The position numbers were made by a program, and so were the translations under genes. Shown here piece by piece: positions 39,717-52,241 of a stretch of 64,000 nucleotides of DNA. Positions within the stretch are counted from its first letter, which is position 1; each line of letters opens with the position of its first letter. The notes under the pieces were generated by a model that saw only the letters and a program-made list of their open reading frames with translations, had not been told where the DNA came from and made no database searches. The DNA comes from Sarea resinae (Eukaryota). Where the stretch lies: assembly GCA_026026165.1 (NCBI GenBank), contig JAPEUD010000068.1, positions 1 through 64,000 on the forward strand, in the 5' to 3' direction.

Positions 39717-41547
39717 TCAGGCATACGCGAGCGTGAGATCGGGCTTGAAGGTGGCCGTGAAGCCCAAATCAGCCGTGCCGCCGGCAACAGCAGGGCCGGA
39801 GACGACGAGGCGGCCCTCGGGATCGCGGCGATCGAGCGTCTTGTGGGTGGGGGTGTCGACGAGCTTGAGCTCGACGCTGGGCAGGGGCACACCGAAGTGG
39901 GAGTGGGCGGACTTGCGGCCGGGGGCGGAGAGCCGGTAGTCGAAGAGCTGGGTCTGGGCGATGGCGCCGGCGACGCGCGGGGCCGTGAGGGCGTAGATGA
40001 CGCGCGCGGAGGTGAAGATGCGGAGGTCGGAGAGCGTGGACGACGACAGCGCCGGCGCGTCGGATTGCGCCCGTTCCGAGATCAGGAGCAGGCGCAGCTT
40101 GCCTGGCGTTGCCGTCTCTGCGGGCCGCGAGGTGGGAGAAGAGGCCGCGGCCGAGGAGGGCATGCGGCCTGCGGCTAGCGTGCGCGTGTGCATGTAATGC
40201 GTCCATTTGGACGAGGTGGTGGTCAGGGTCGACTCGGTGTGGTTCTTGTGGGCTTTGGCGGCTGTTTCGGCGGAGATGGAGACAACGGTGGGAGCGACGG
40301 CGCGAGTGGCGAGGCCGAGGTCGACGCCGGGCCCTGCGACGGAGTTGAAGACGATGGAGGCGTGCGAGTAGAGGGCCGCGAGCGTGAGGGAGAGCGTGTA
40401 GGTTTGGGAGAGCGAGTCTGCAGGGAGGAAGAGATCCGAGGGGCTGAGACGGTGCCGGGTAGGAAGCGATGCGATCAAGCCTGCTACTGCTGAGACGAGG
40501 TTCTATGGTAGAGAGCGTTAGTTGAGTAGGGGGTAATGAGTGGGCGGGAGGGAGCACTTGCCCGCTGAGTAAATTCAAGCACTTCTCCGTCCTGACCCTT
40601 TATGCTCTGCCAGATTGTGATTACATTCGAGAGCGCTTCTCCTTGGACACGGGCCGGAAGGTCGGCCGAGGCAGAAGTCCTCTGTGAGTCAAGTAGTTCA
40701 TGCCAGATTGAGACCTTGACATCGCCTTTCATGCCGTTTGGTTCGTTCCAGCCCATGTGACGGCTTCCTTTCTCGACCACCCAGATGACTTCCCTGAGGT
40801 TCGGATATGCCTTGGTGAGCTCGTCCAATGGCACCACCCCGGCCTCTGCGATAAGAACATCCGGTTGGGTTTTCTGGAGAAGGCTGACGAGAGAGTCCAA
40901 ACGCTGCTCATGGGGTATAAGGATCGGCGTAAACTTGTAGAACGCAGCGGCTGGATGGCAGTCTTAGCAGCTGTATATGCGTGCTCAAAAGCTCGAATGC
41001 GGAACTTACCCAGGACGGTCGTGAGGATCTCTACGGAATTTGGAAGATGGATAGCGACACGCTTGCCCTCTGCAACATGACGCCCCAAGGTGTTGATATC
41101 CCGCGAGATGTCCTCGAGCTTGTGTTCAGTCACCTCCTCACTTCCGAGAACGGTGAGAATCCTGCCCCTCTCACCAGTTGGCTGGCCATCCCGGTCCTGA
41201 GCTCCCTTCACAGTCTGTTTCCAGACATCTCTCAGATCGCCATCCCGCCCGAGTGCCCATCTAGGAGTATCTTCGTCTCGGACCATCAGGCCTGTCTTCA
41301 GCGGGAACCCATAGGGCGTCTCTGGGGACCGAAGCACGGCTGATTCGCCCGGCTGTCGAACAGGAGCTTGCAAGGCTTGGCTAGCTAGATTCAAAGGATG
41401 CGTATCCGGTACAGAACTGTTGTTTCCTGGGTAGAACAAGTAGGCGACCAAGATGATGGCGAGAATAGTAGTGTAGATATTCCAGCCGGCGTAAAGCTCG
41501 GTGATCTGGGTGTCGAGGTATTCCACCCATCCTTCTGGAGGAGCCAT
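39717..41547 (-). CDS. Membrane-anchored acyl-CoA-synthetase-like (ANL superfamily) protein, degenerate
   Basis: N-terminal TM helix, DTHP, RVAIHLPNSVE, EFTQRNLVSAV, HFGVPLPSVELKL. Exons 41547-41010, 40950-40562, 40502-39717; the second intron is GC-AG. Confidence 0.8.
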
Positions 41548-41984
41548 GCTGCTGCTGCTGCCGTCTTGTGCTCGATGATGTCCGACTGTTCCAGACCGTG
41601 AATACTGAAATGGTGGCAGTGTTTTGGCGGTGCAACCTGAGAAGACAGCAGTTTGGTGAGAGTAGGTTGGTCGGCGAGTGAGAGCTCGGGATGCGCACGA
41701 ATTATATGCGTGGTGACGCGAGGCCAGGATGAATCAAGTTCGACTTCGCACACTGCAACAGGATCGAGTGGTGTCAGATCTAGGGCTCCCATCCAATTCT
41801 CACCATTCGGTTTTGCTTCTCTCTATCATTCATCATTGAGCCTACTGATCTATTGTCACCGGAGTAATTACTCTCTTCACTCCCCCACTCCGCCGTCGAG
41901 ATGCTGTACCTCGGAGGATCCCACGCTGTGCAATTGTGGCTTTCCTCGGTCCAGGGTTTCCCCACATTACAAAGCGTTGGGGCC

Positions 41985-42245
41985 CTCCACTTTCATGTTG
42001 ATGATCTCAAACACCATCTCGGTGGAAACCAGCTCAATGTGAATGGAGACTTCAATTTGCGGACTTGGGGAGATCCAGCGATCAATTGTTTTCGTCTTGG
42101 AGAGATAAAGACCCATGGTCGCCGCCCACCGTTGATCATGAGGTGCCCTCCAGCTGGTCAAGCAACTGGAAGCTTGGTGGTTCGCTTCCGCTGCGACTGC
42201 GTGGCTGGCAGAAACACCAGCCACGCGGATCTACTCTGAGTACAT
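41985..42245 (+). ncRNA. Candidate box C/D snoRNA, snR4-like 18S acetylation guide
   Basis: Box C TTGATGA 41998-42004, box D CTGA 42236-42239, terminal stem ATGT/ACAT, 12-bp hairpin 42197-42228. Segments CTCCACT (41985-41991) and CATGGTCGCCGCCCAC (42114-42129) are complementary to conserved 18S sequence on either side of UGGCCG. Confidence 0.65.
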
Positions 42246-42598
42246 CAGTAGGTGTCTGATCGTTTCTGTGAGGACAACCACCGCGATACATACAACAACA
42301 TCAACAACCGTCCCTGCAACGACTTCGACGCCAAACAACTCGCCCAGCATGCTATGATACCTTGCGAAGCATCTCACTCAAGCTCGGCTACTGTCCTCGA
42401 GGAATCACAGGTAAGTAAGGCAAGTAGTCAGTACAGACGCCGGTCGCAAAACTCGGAAGGTATGTGTGCCATTCGTTCTGCGTTGCCATTGCTCTTCACC
42501 ATAAGCCTGAGATGTTCTGTCTAACTTCCGTATCATTCTTTCTTAGGTAGATACCGAAAGGTTCTACTGTTTTGTCCTTGAAATATCTGGCATCAATC

Positions 42599-43449
42599 AT
42601 GGCGGCCCCTGTCACGCCATCCACTCCCACAACCCAAACAGCACAAGTATCCACCTCACCGACGGGAACCTGGCGACACCCACGATTCGATGAGATTGCT
42701 CGCCGTCAGAGCGCCTGTACATTCGGCGAGAGGAACGTAAGGAAGATTGTCTGGAACGGCGTGGCTCTTGTGGCCTCGTTCTTCGCCGCAAGCATCCTCT
42801 CCAATTAGTATGTCCAGCTATCAGCCTTTCGAACAAAAACGCTGACCCCAGTAGCTCGCTTTACCGCAGTCTTGTTGCCATCCTATCACCTTTCTCGATA
42901 TACTCTCTCTTCCTTTTCCGGAGCCTCTTGGTTTTCAACATAGTGGCGGCTCTTGCGCCTTTGATGCGACGAAAAGACGACCTTGCCGACATCCCTCTCA
43001 CGCCCTCTCAGCGAGCACTTCTTGGGCTCAATCCCAATACGGGTACACCGACCACCCCAGGCGCCCAGTATATCACCCCTCCGCGGTACCAAAAGTCTTC
43101 CACACCTCGAAGCGGGAGTCGCAGTACCTCATATTCGGGTTCGCCCGCCTCGGGAAGAGGAAGCCCAACTGGAGGCCGGGGCGCGTCAGGATCTCCATTT
43201 ACACCTTCTGCCAGCCCGCTGCTACACAAAGCTGTCGGTGGAGGGGCCAGGGATACGAATCGAAGACAGAGCTACTCCTCTCCTTCCCCTCTTGCTCCTA
43301 GCGGCACTGGGTGGGATGTGAGCATGCTAGGGGTTCCAACGTCACCAAGCCCAAGTCCAGGGAAAGGAGCGAGCGTAGGGCTGAACAGCCGATGGCTGTA
43401 CGAGAGAGGTAGAGCAAGTCCACGCAGTAGCAGCGCTTTGTTCTCTTGA
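42599..43449 (+). CDS. POM34: Nuclear pore membrane protein Pom34-like
   Basis: [16 protein letters not shown], two TM segments, [30 protein letters not shown]. Exons 42599-42807 and 42855-43449; likely 5'-UTR intron 42411-42546. Confidence 0.85.
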
Positions 43450-44358
43450 CGCGTCTAGTCTACGCGACGATATCATGTGGCTTTTGTTTTCACACGGTTG
43501 CGGTTCAGCAATACTCTTTGGAGAGGCGTTTTGAAATTTCAGCGATAGCTAGATGCGGCCTTTGTGCCCGCACGACTTCAGAGAGACCTGTATTATAGAC
43601 TCCAGAACAATCGTTTACCTGCTCTTTACGGCAATAGTGACCTCGATCAATTACTCCATTTGGCACGTTTCGATCTCACACAACACTCTCCTAACACATT
43701 GCTCTCACTGGCGATGTGTCAAGGTAGTTTTCTCTCCAGCATTTAATCCATTTACCTGATAGAATGAAATGGCTTCGAAGCTTGTTGGTGTTTGAATCAC
43801 GGGATGCAGACGCCAAATTAATACAGTAAGGTACCAACCTCATAGAGGAGTGATTGAAAGTTCATGGATGGACCCATGATGGACCCATGATGTGAGGGCC
43901 GAAAGATGAGGCCGGAAACTGGACGAAGTTACGGCGCTACAAAGGAACCGGTTGCGATGCCGAAGCGGATCGAATGGAATAATGGCAAAGGGTTCCCCGT
44001 TATGATCTTGACGTACAGCCCAGGTAAACACCAACTACTCGCCTACTCATCACGGATGATTGTGATGGCAATCAGCAGATTCATCTTCCCCATTCTCTCG
44101 CGATCACGATGTGGAGGACTACCTGAACTGTGTTTCCCGTCCATGTCGACTACCGAGTAGACGATACATCGAGGTATGGATGATTGATTAGTCAGAGTTT
44201 CGATCTGCAAGTCTCACGATCAATAAAGACCAGATAACACACAAAGCCATCAGAAAGCCGAAAGCTCCCAAACCTCCTACCTCTGCACGATCCAAGCGCT
44301 CAAGGTCACTCTACCTGACCGTGCGTCAGCTGCGCCTTCATGATCGCAGTCCTGCGTA

Positions 44359-47300
44359 ATGGGTGCCTCCGATTCCAAACTCGTCTTCAAACAGGGTATC
44401 TTCCGCCTGTCGGAGGAGAAGGACATTCCGGCAGATGATCAATATTGGACCGGAGTAAGTGGAATCCGGCCTTCTTCGGAGCGAGTACGGACGCAGCTTA
44501 TCGTTTGTAGTTCTGGGAGCTTCCAGAGTCGACTGAAGACATCTTCAGCTTGTTCTCGCCGGTGGACATTCGGCGGACTCGGGATACGTCACTTGCGAAT
44601 CTGGAAACACTTCTTCTAGCAGTCACCTCAAGGCTTTTCATCTTGCGGAACCATCCATCTTTTCCGGATCCAGAACTCGCGCCGGATAGGGATGCTTTGA
44701 ATTGCATCAGAATCCTTACACGGCTACTGCCGTTCATCTACGAAGCGGACCATCTCGAGGAATGGGAAGAGAGGTTCTTCTGGGGAAAGCGAAGGAAACG
44801 GTCTAGAAAGGCACAGATTGCGCAGTCGGAAGTCTTATTCGATGATGCGCAGCCGGATGGCAATCCTCCAGCTCGGAATCCTGATGAGGGCTTCGAAGAG
44901 GTTAAACCATTAGCAGAGGAGCTGATAGATACCCTGACGGACCTACTCTTCTTCTCCGACTTCACTTTACCCAGAGCACATGCCGGAAAGAGCAAAGTCT
45001 CCTATGCAATATGGCAAAGCGGTGTCGGATGCAATACGCCCGTAGCGTCAACGAAAGAATTCGAGAACAACAGATGCGAGATTCTGCGATTACTCCTGAC
45101 TTTGACCAGCAAGTCCATGTATCTGCCTGCTAGTGAGTATTTACATGATAGCAAGTATCAATGGCAGCTCGCTGATACTGCTTAGACACTTTGCCGGTTC
45201 AAGGGGTGAAAGCCATAACCTACATCGCTACCTGCCCAGATAAACAGGTCGTCCTATCTATGCTGTGCTCACTGCTCAATACGGTCAGCCGCCTCTTCTG
45301 TCTTAATGTCAGTCTACTAAATCCTCTAGACTTTGAGGTACAACCCAGCCAATTGGCGTGTTCCATATGATCATGTAGTCTTCAAAGACCCGAAACAGAT
45401 CCTCGTCACATATTGCCTACAACTCTTGCTTGTTCTCGTCTTGTACCCAATCCCAGAATCTGGTCAAGGGCAAGCGCCTAAAAACTTTTATCGTCACTTC
45501 CTAGGCCGACTGCACCGCCCGCAAGACTTTCAATTTCTGACGGATGGGATGACGAGGATCTTGAGGCAACCAGTAAGCCTAATTTTTTAATGCAGTAGCA
45601 GGTTTCTGACTGCAGTTAGGTGCAAGCAAATACCTCTTACCTCCCAGGTAGCCAGAAATCCTTGAAATGGGCGCCGGAGATGATTATGCTGTTTTGGGAA
45701 GTTCTGCAATGCAACAAGCGTTTCCGCTCTTTCATCATTGACACTGATCGGGCGCATGACTTTGTCATTCTCGTACTCTTCTATGCCCTTGAACAGAAGA
45801 CCGATCTTTCAAAGCACGGCGTTGTCAGAATGTGTGTCTTTGTGCTACAAACTCTAAGCGTGGAGCCCAACTTTGGAAAGAGGTTAAACAAGAAGTTTGA
45901 GGGTCAAGAATCTTTACCCGCCAGCGTCCGAATCCCTAATTTTGACGGCACGTACGCGGATTACCTCATAATAGTAAGTCAGGTATCCAAATCCCTCTCC
46001 TTGATCCCGCACTAATTCAGCAGTCTATCTATACTCTTCTTACGGGAAGCCAAGGTAAATTGGACGCGATCTACCCAGCAATGCTGGCAATAATCAACAA
46101 CATCGCTGCGTACGTTGAAGATTTGGGGGCTTCATCAAGTTCCAAATTGATGCAGCTCTTCAACTCAATGTCGTCGCCGGCCTTCCTGCTCGCAAATGAG
46201 ACCAATCATCTCCTGCTCCAGTCTCTGCTAGAGTCAATGAATGCTATTGTTGAGCATCAATATAGCAGTAGGTCTCGGCGCTTATGATATTCTCGGAGTA
46301 GAAGCTGACGGGGTTACAGAAAACCCCTGGTTTATATACGCCATTTTACGCTCTAAGAGGCGATTTGAAGCGTTGAGAACATTCACGCTCGAAAGTGGAC
46401 AAGAAGAAGTAGAGCGACTTAATCAACAGAGAAAGGAACGATCTCCAGACCATAGAGGAAGTCCTATGAGGACGGACTCCATTGACAGCATACGCAGCCC
46501 TACGTCTATCAACCACAGATCTTCGACCCTAAGCAACGTTCCTGAGGATAGCAGTGCGTTTGCTATTGGGGATGACGACTCGGACGAAGAGAACGAAACA
46601 AGGCCCACACCATCGCAGTCGTCGCCATCGACGCATCATTCGAGAACGCCATCTGTAGCATCTTCGATTGACGATACCGTGCCACTACAGCTTCGAGGAA
46701 TGTCGGAAAAGGCGCGTGGGAAGATGCCTGCTGGGCAGCCATCGTTCTCCAGACAAAACAGTACAACGAGTCTGAGCAGTCACTTTGCCGCGCTGCCGAT
46801 GTCAAGAGCCGATTATTTTGTTCCTTCGACAGAATGGGTAACTTGGCCTGCTCTCCATACTATGAATAGACAGCTAATTACATTTGATAGATCGAGACAT
46901 GGCTACCAGAACTTCCCTTGCACACGTCTCTGACGCTCATCTCAGAGCTTTCGAGCCAAATGCCATCTGGAGGTCGTGCTTCTAATTCGGAGGTTCAGTC
47001 ATCATTAGCTGCAATTCGCGACGCTCGTGTGGGCGGCATTGAGCCTTCAGCGATTCGGGTGCACTTATTTGAGTGGTCACCTCTATCACTCGGCTGGTAC
47101 GAGTCTCTACTCTGGGGACTGATCTTCGCGAGTGAGATGATCGTGTCAAAGGGGACAGTAGGAGTGTGGAATGGAACAAGCATCAAGCTCTTCAAAGTGC
47201 AAGAGACGGCCGCAGAAGGCCCCACACTATTAGCTCCCAGGGGCGCCGTGGATGCGGTTGGGAGCAACTTGGTGCAGAGGCTAGGCAACCTGAATATGCG

Positions 47301-47379
47301 GGGCGCGAACGGTCAGCAAGGGCCGCCGAGCTCGGGTGGGATGGGGAACAATGGGAGCCCGACGGTGCGCGAGGTCTAA
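44359..47379 (+). CDS. HID1: HID1/Ecm30-family Golgi protein
   Basis: MGASDSKL myristoylation-type start, LNCIRILTRLLP, IWQSGVG, VWNGTSIKLF. Exons 44359-44454, 44511-45132, 45186-45283, 45330-45572, 45620-45973, 46024-46267, 46320-46837, 46891-47379. Confidence 0.93.
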
Positions 47380-47957
47380 TCGATCAGTCCCAGGCAATGG
47401 TCGATATCACTCTGCGATTCTTTTCTTCACATGTATACAGCCGAGTGAGCCGTGCGTCTTTGTCTGCTAACGGAACTTTTATGGGCTATGGTAGCGAGCA
47501 TATGGGAAGGCGTTTCGAATGCGAATACCTTCGAGATGATAGAATACCTACGTCGGTCAGTCCATTTGCCACAATGAGGAATATTATTAACTTGATTGAG
47601 AATGTCATCGCGTTCCCCGAGAGTTAGTTCGTCATGCACTGAATGGGATCTGTTGTGCGGCCCCTTCTGGAACGGAGGCTGATGGGGCTGTGGCTGTGTT
47701 GCGTCGGACCGACTTCGGTTGGTGGTGTTGGGGCGCGCGATAGGTCGGTATTGAATCTCCCCTGTTCATACTGGCGAACCGCATCCCTGCTGAGCGACTT
47801 CGCTGCAGACTGAGCCACGCAAGCTCGAGAATGGGGCTTGACCGGTCCTTACTATCGGAAAAATATAAAGAGCCGCAGCTGGTGGTGAGCCACACTTGAG
47901 CCACAGACTCCTTTTCTCTCAAGCCACATGTTTTCATCATAATCCTTCTTTCCGTTG

Positions 47958-50395
47958 ATGGCCGTAGTTGTGGATGATGATGGATTACCTCCTGAGGTCA
48001 TTCGTCCGTATAAGATCCACGTAAGGATTTACTCTCTCATTTCACCAATTCACAAGAAGAATACAATTCGAAAGCGACGAAGGTTGTTTATCACGGCCGA
48101 TGCACATGAGCTTACTGACACATGTATTTTTTTATAGGTCTCAATGAAATATCTGGAACTCACTCGCAAGAAGCTCGAATTGACACGCCTGCCCCACGAA
48201 ACACCCCTCCCAAACTATCAACAGCGCGAATATGGCGTCCCGAAATCCGTGCTCGAGCCTCTCATCGATTTCTGGTAAATTCGCATCTACTTTGATTCAC
48301 CTCCCCATGCCTCCACTCTTGAGCTCTTGGCACTCAGCGACATATGTTGCGGTTTTCCATTGATTGCTTGGTGGAATAGCTGACAACACATGTTACGATG
48401 GGAAAGGCAAGACGACTTCGACTGGCGCGCCCAGGAATCGGTCATCAATTCTGCCCTTCCTCAATACCGATCCGTGTTTACAATTCCACACTACTTCGCC
48501 TCCTCATCGGACGACAATGATGATCCTTGTTCCTTCCCTCCCTCATCCGCCGGGACCTCGTCATCCCCTTCGACCTCCTTACGCCTTCATTTCGTGCATA
48601 TGCCCTCGACCCACTCAGAGGCTGTGCCTTTACTCTTCTGCCACGGCTGGCCGGGCAGTATCCTAGATGTATTACCACTCGCCAACGAACTCGTCGATCC
48701 TCCTTTCTTGGAAGGCCGTGAAGAAGAAGATGACGCACATACCGCTAGTGCTCATAGGCAATCAAGAGAAGAAGAAGGCGGACGAATACCAGCAGGAGCC
48801 GCAAGGACCACGCCGCAGGCTTTTCACGTTGTGGTACCCAGCCCTCCAGGTACAGCGTTCAGCGATCCCCTCGATCTCACAACCACGGACGAGCCGTTTC
48901 GAGCAATCGCGTATATGTACGACAACCTGATGAGACGGCTAGGCTATGAGCGATATCTCGTCCATGGGGATGGCGGTGGGGTATGGTATGTCTCCACATC
49001 TACTTGTTGAACGCTCGCCCAGTATGGCTTACCGATATTCCTGAGGAAAGGGGGCCATACCTCACACTTGCGCTGCGCAAATATCACTCAGATGCAATTC
49101 TCGGGGTACATCTGACATCTCTTACCCCATTCTCACTTTCCACACTATCTTCTCGTCGTCCTTCTCTTTCACGCTCTCTGCAGCCGGCCTCACTTACGAG
49201 TCATCCCATCCTATGGCTGAAACGCTTCGTAGCAAGGGCTACGGGATCCCGGATTCCTGGGCTGAGATTTAGAATCCCGCCAGCAGCTCCAGATGGCGGT
49301 CAAATAACACGCAGAGGCGAAGAAGACGAGGAAGAAGAAGGAGTAGGAGGTGGTGAAGGACACCGTCATCAGCAGCTCACGAGAGATAATACCAAGCGGG
49401 GCCGCAAAACCCCTCAGTACCCAGGAATAAGGCATCGAGCACTCGACCCCGACATGATCCGAAGTTCCCCAGGAACACTAGCCTACGGGCTCTGCGACTC
49501 CCCGGCCGCTCTTCTGGCATTCATACTCCAATCGCTTTATCCTTCGTTCACCTTTTCGCAAGATTTGGCGTCTGACTCTGCTCCCGAGGACGGAGAGGAG
49601 GGGTCGGGATCGGGCTCGGGCTCGGCGGATAGTGGTCGCACAACTATGCCTGTGCGTATCGACACCACCAGCAGAAGGGATAATGTGAACCCCTTGACTA
49701 CTATTCAAGTCTCAGACGCTATACCAAGCACCACTACCCCGGCCGCGTCTAGTAGCACCGCAGCCTCGGTTCGCGCGACGCCACCCGCCGCCACGACCAG
49801 GCACGCTCCCACTCACCCCCAATCTCACCCCAGAAAATCCAACCCCATCACCATTGACGAATCCGCTCAACACCCTGCAGGACCATTACCAGCGCTAACG
49901 CGAACCTCAACAATGACGACGATCCTGAATCAAACAATGCTACACTACCTCGCAGGGCCCGAAGCGGCGCTAGCACTCCTGCACTCCAGTCGTGCTCGAG
50001 GAGGTGCAGACGACGTGATGGCTCCGGAGATACTCATGCGCTGCTCGCTCGAGCAGGATAGCAGAGTCCCCCTCGGTGTTTTCGTTGCCGACGGTGCGGG
50101 CGGTGAGCGTGGTAATCCAGGACGAGAAGGGGAAGGAGAGGGAGAGGGAGGGAAAAGAAGAGGGGCAGCACGGACAAAAACACAGTCTACATCACCACCA
50201 GCCCAAACGCAGCCTTTTCTTTCGGTGGGTAACACCCGCAACATCTACATCCATCATCAGCAGCAGCGACCCCAGACATCAGACTCCCCACCCCACCCTC
50301 CACACCAAGATCAAGATCAAGTCCAAGCCCTCGAAATCATACATTCGCTAAGAGATTTCACGTCTCTTGTACTGCGCGGCCGTTCCCCAGAATGA
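47958..50395 (+). CDS. Epoxide-hydrolase-like alpha/beta-hydrolase, degenerate C-terminal half
   Basis: EH N-terminal region (IRPYKIH...LELTRLP...LIDFW..FDWRAQE), LHFVH, PLLFCHGWPGS, FHVVVPS. Exons 47958-48020, 48138-48274, 48407-48980, ~49046-50395; the last junction is uncertain. Confidence 0.8.
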
Positions 50396-50759
50396 GCCCG
50401 GACGGGATGTGAGGTGGGGTGAGGTGAGGCAGGTCCCGGGAAAGGGGTTGGGTCCCAGGAAAGGGGAAGCTGATATTTAATGAGATTCGGGTACTTTCCC
50501 AACGAGCAAACGAGGGGTCGGAGGAGCAAGTGGGTGTGGTGGGTGATTGACCAAGTGCGCATTTGGATTCGTGCGTGCGTTTATGAGGGCAGAGAGGAGA
50601 GAGCTATATCTATCTATCCAAAGAGGTGGGAAAAGGGTGCATAACGCAATGGATATAGAGACCGGAAGAGAGACAGTACAGAGCTGCAACACCCACCCCA
50701 TCACTAGCCCGATACCATGCTCCTCCTGGCACGCCCTAACAAACACAAGAATCTGCGTA

Positions 50760-51900
50760 CAGCACAGCACAGCACAGCACAGCAGTGTGGTGGTGGTAGT
50801 GGTGGTATAGTGAGGTACATGATATTGTTTCAGCCCTAAATTTCTTTATTTGCCTATTTCTTCCTCTTTGATTCCCCCTTTTATGAGTATGGAAACTGGG
50901 TTTTCTTTCACGATTTCTGTTCTGTTTTGTTCTGTTTTGTTCTGTTTTGTTCTGTTTTGTTCTGTCCTGTTCTGTCTATTCTTTTTGTTATCCGATTTTC
51001 GTTTCCTGTTCTCTTTTTTTGTTGATTTTCTTCTGATGTCGACTCTCGTTCTTAGTCTAGATTCATATAAGGCGTTTGATAGATTCAGTTGCCCGGTTCA
51101 GCCCTGCCTGCCTGCCTGCCTGTCTGCCTATCTTTTTGTCTGTCTGTTCGTCTGTCTGCCTGCCTGCCTGCCTGCCTGCCTGCCTACCTTCCCACCCTCC
51201 CTATCTACCTTCCCACCTCCCTCTGTCTACCTACCCACCTACTTATCCATCCATCCACCCATCCACCATCCACCATCCACCAGCCCGACAGCCCAACGCA
51301 CCAAACGCACCAAACACACTAAGAGACAAAGAGACAAACACAATCAAAACAAACAATCAAAAAACCAAACAAACAGAAAGAAAGAAAAGCACAAAAATGC
51401 CGAAAGGCAGATGAAGTAGTAGTAAAACCCAGAACTCAGAACCAAGAACTAAGACCCCAGAACTAAGAAGATAAAGATAAAGATAGCCAGTCTTTTTTTC
51501 TTGGCCGAAGAAAATACCCTACCTAGATGCTTGGAAATAGATAGAGGATCTAGATATTGTTGATTGTTGATTGTTGACTGGATGTTGGGTACAGGATATT
51601 GGAGAGTGGAGAGTGGATGGTGGATGGTGGATAGTTAGGTAGGTATGTAGCATATACAATAGAGCAGGAGAAAAGCACCAGGGTGGGAGGGGAGGGAGGG
51701 CAAGAGCCCACGCGAATGCTAACACAGCATATTCCCTCTACTCTGACTAAGAGGTTCTTCAGCGTCGGAGCCGGAGCCGGAATCAGAAATTAGAAATCAG
51801 AGTCGTACTTGATATGCAGTGGTGGAACGTTGTGTTTGTTATGTGATATCTGCTAGCGGTGCGGGGCGAGGGGAGGGGGAGGGAGGGCGTCTTGGGGCTG
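50760..51900. repeat. Microsatellite-rich spacer between the convergent EH-like gene and SHP1
   Basis: (CAGCA)n, (GGT)n, (TTCTG/TTTTG)n ~50915-50975, (CTGC)n ~51103-51186, (CCAT)n, A-rich tracts. Confidence 0.9.
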
Positions 51901-52241
51901 ATGGTACGATATTACTGTACTACTGATTCGAACCAGTTCAATTCAGCTCAATTCAGTTCAGTTCTTGATGGCAAATAGATTCATCCTAATCTCATGCCAT
52001 TCGCCATCGATGCTATGGGGGTTGAGATGGGGAGTGACGCCGATTTTCTCTCTAGAGCGTTCTACCGAGTGCGCAAGCAACGTGACTTGATAAAACCCGC
52101 TGAGTCTTGCAAGGACAAGAAGCCATGGAGCCAGATAGACAGACAGCTGCTCCAACCAACCAACCAACAAGAACATCCCCCATGACGCACAATGCAACGG
52201 CAGAAGCTGGCTGAAGATAAAGGAAGAAGCCTTCTACGGCT

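Noticed and set aside
43903..43929. Hammerhead-ribozyme-like string AAGATGA-GGCCGGAAACTGGAC-GAAG
   Set aside because: The core needs CUGANGA and GAAA. Here CU is AA, GAAA is GAAG, stem II has a mismatch, and no stems I or III were found.
47820..47850. AATGGGGCTT resembling the RNase MRP 3' conserved region
   Set aside because: No matching upstream GAAAGTCCCC-type element was seen.
47632..47940. 102-aa minus-strand ORF
   Set aside because: Its ATG is only 18 bp from the EH-like ATG on the opposite strand, leaving no promoter space, and no motifs were recognised.
50850..51419. ORFs of 110-190 aa in repeat spacers (also 35681-36722, 26265-26967, 61212-62142)
   Set aside because: They are translations of microsatellites and low-complexity DNA.
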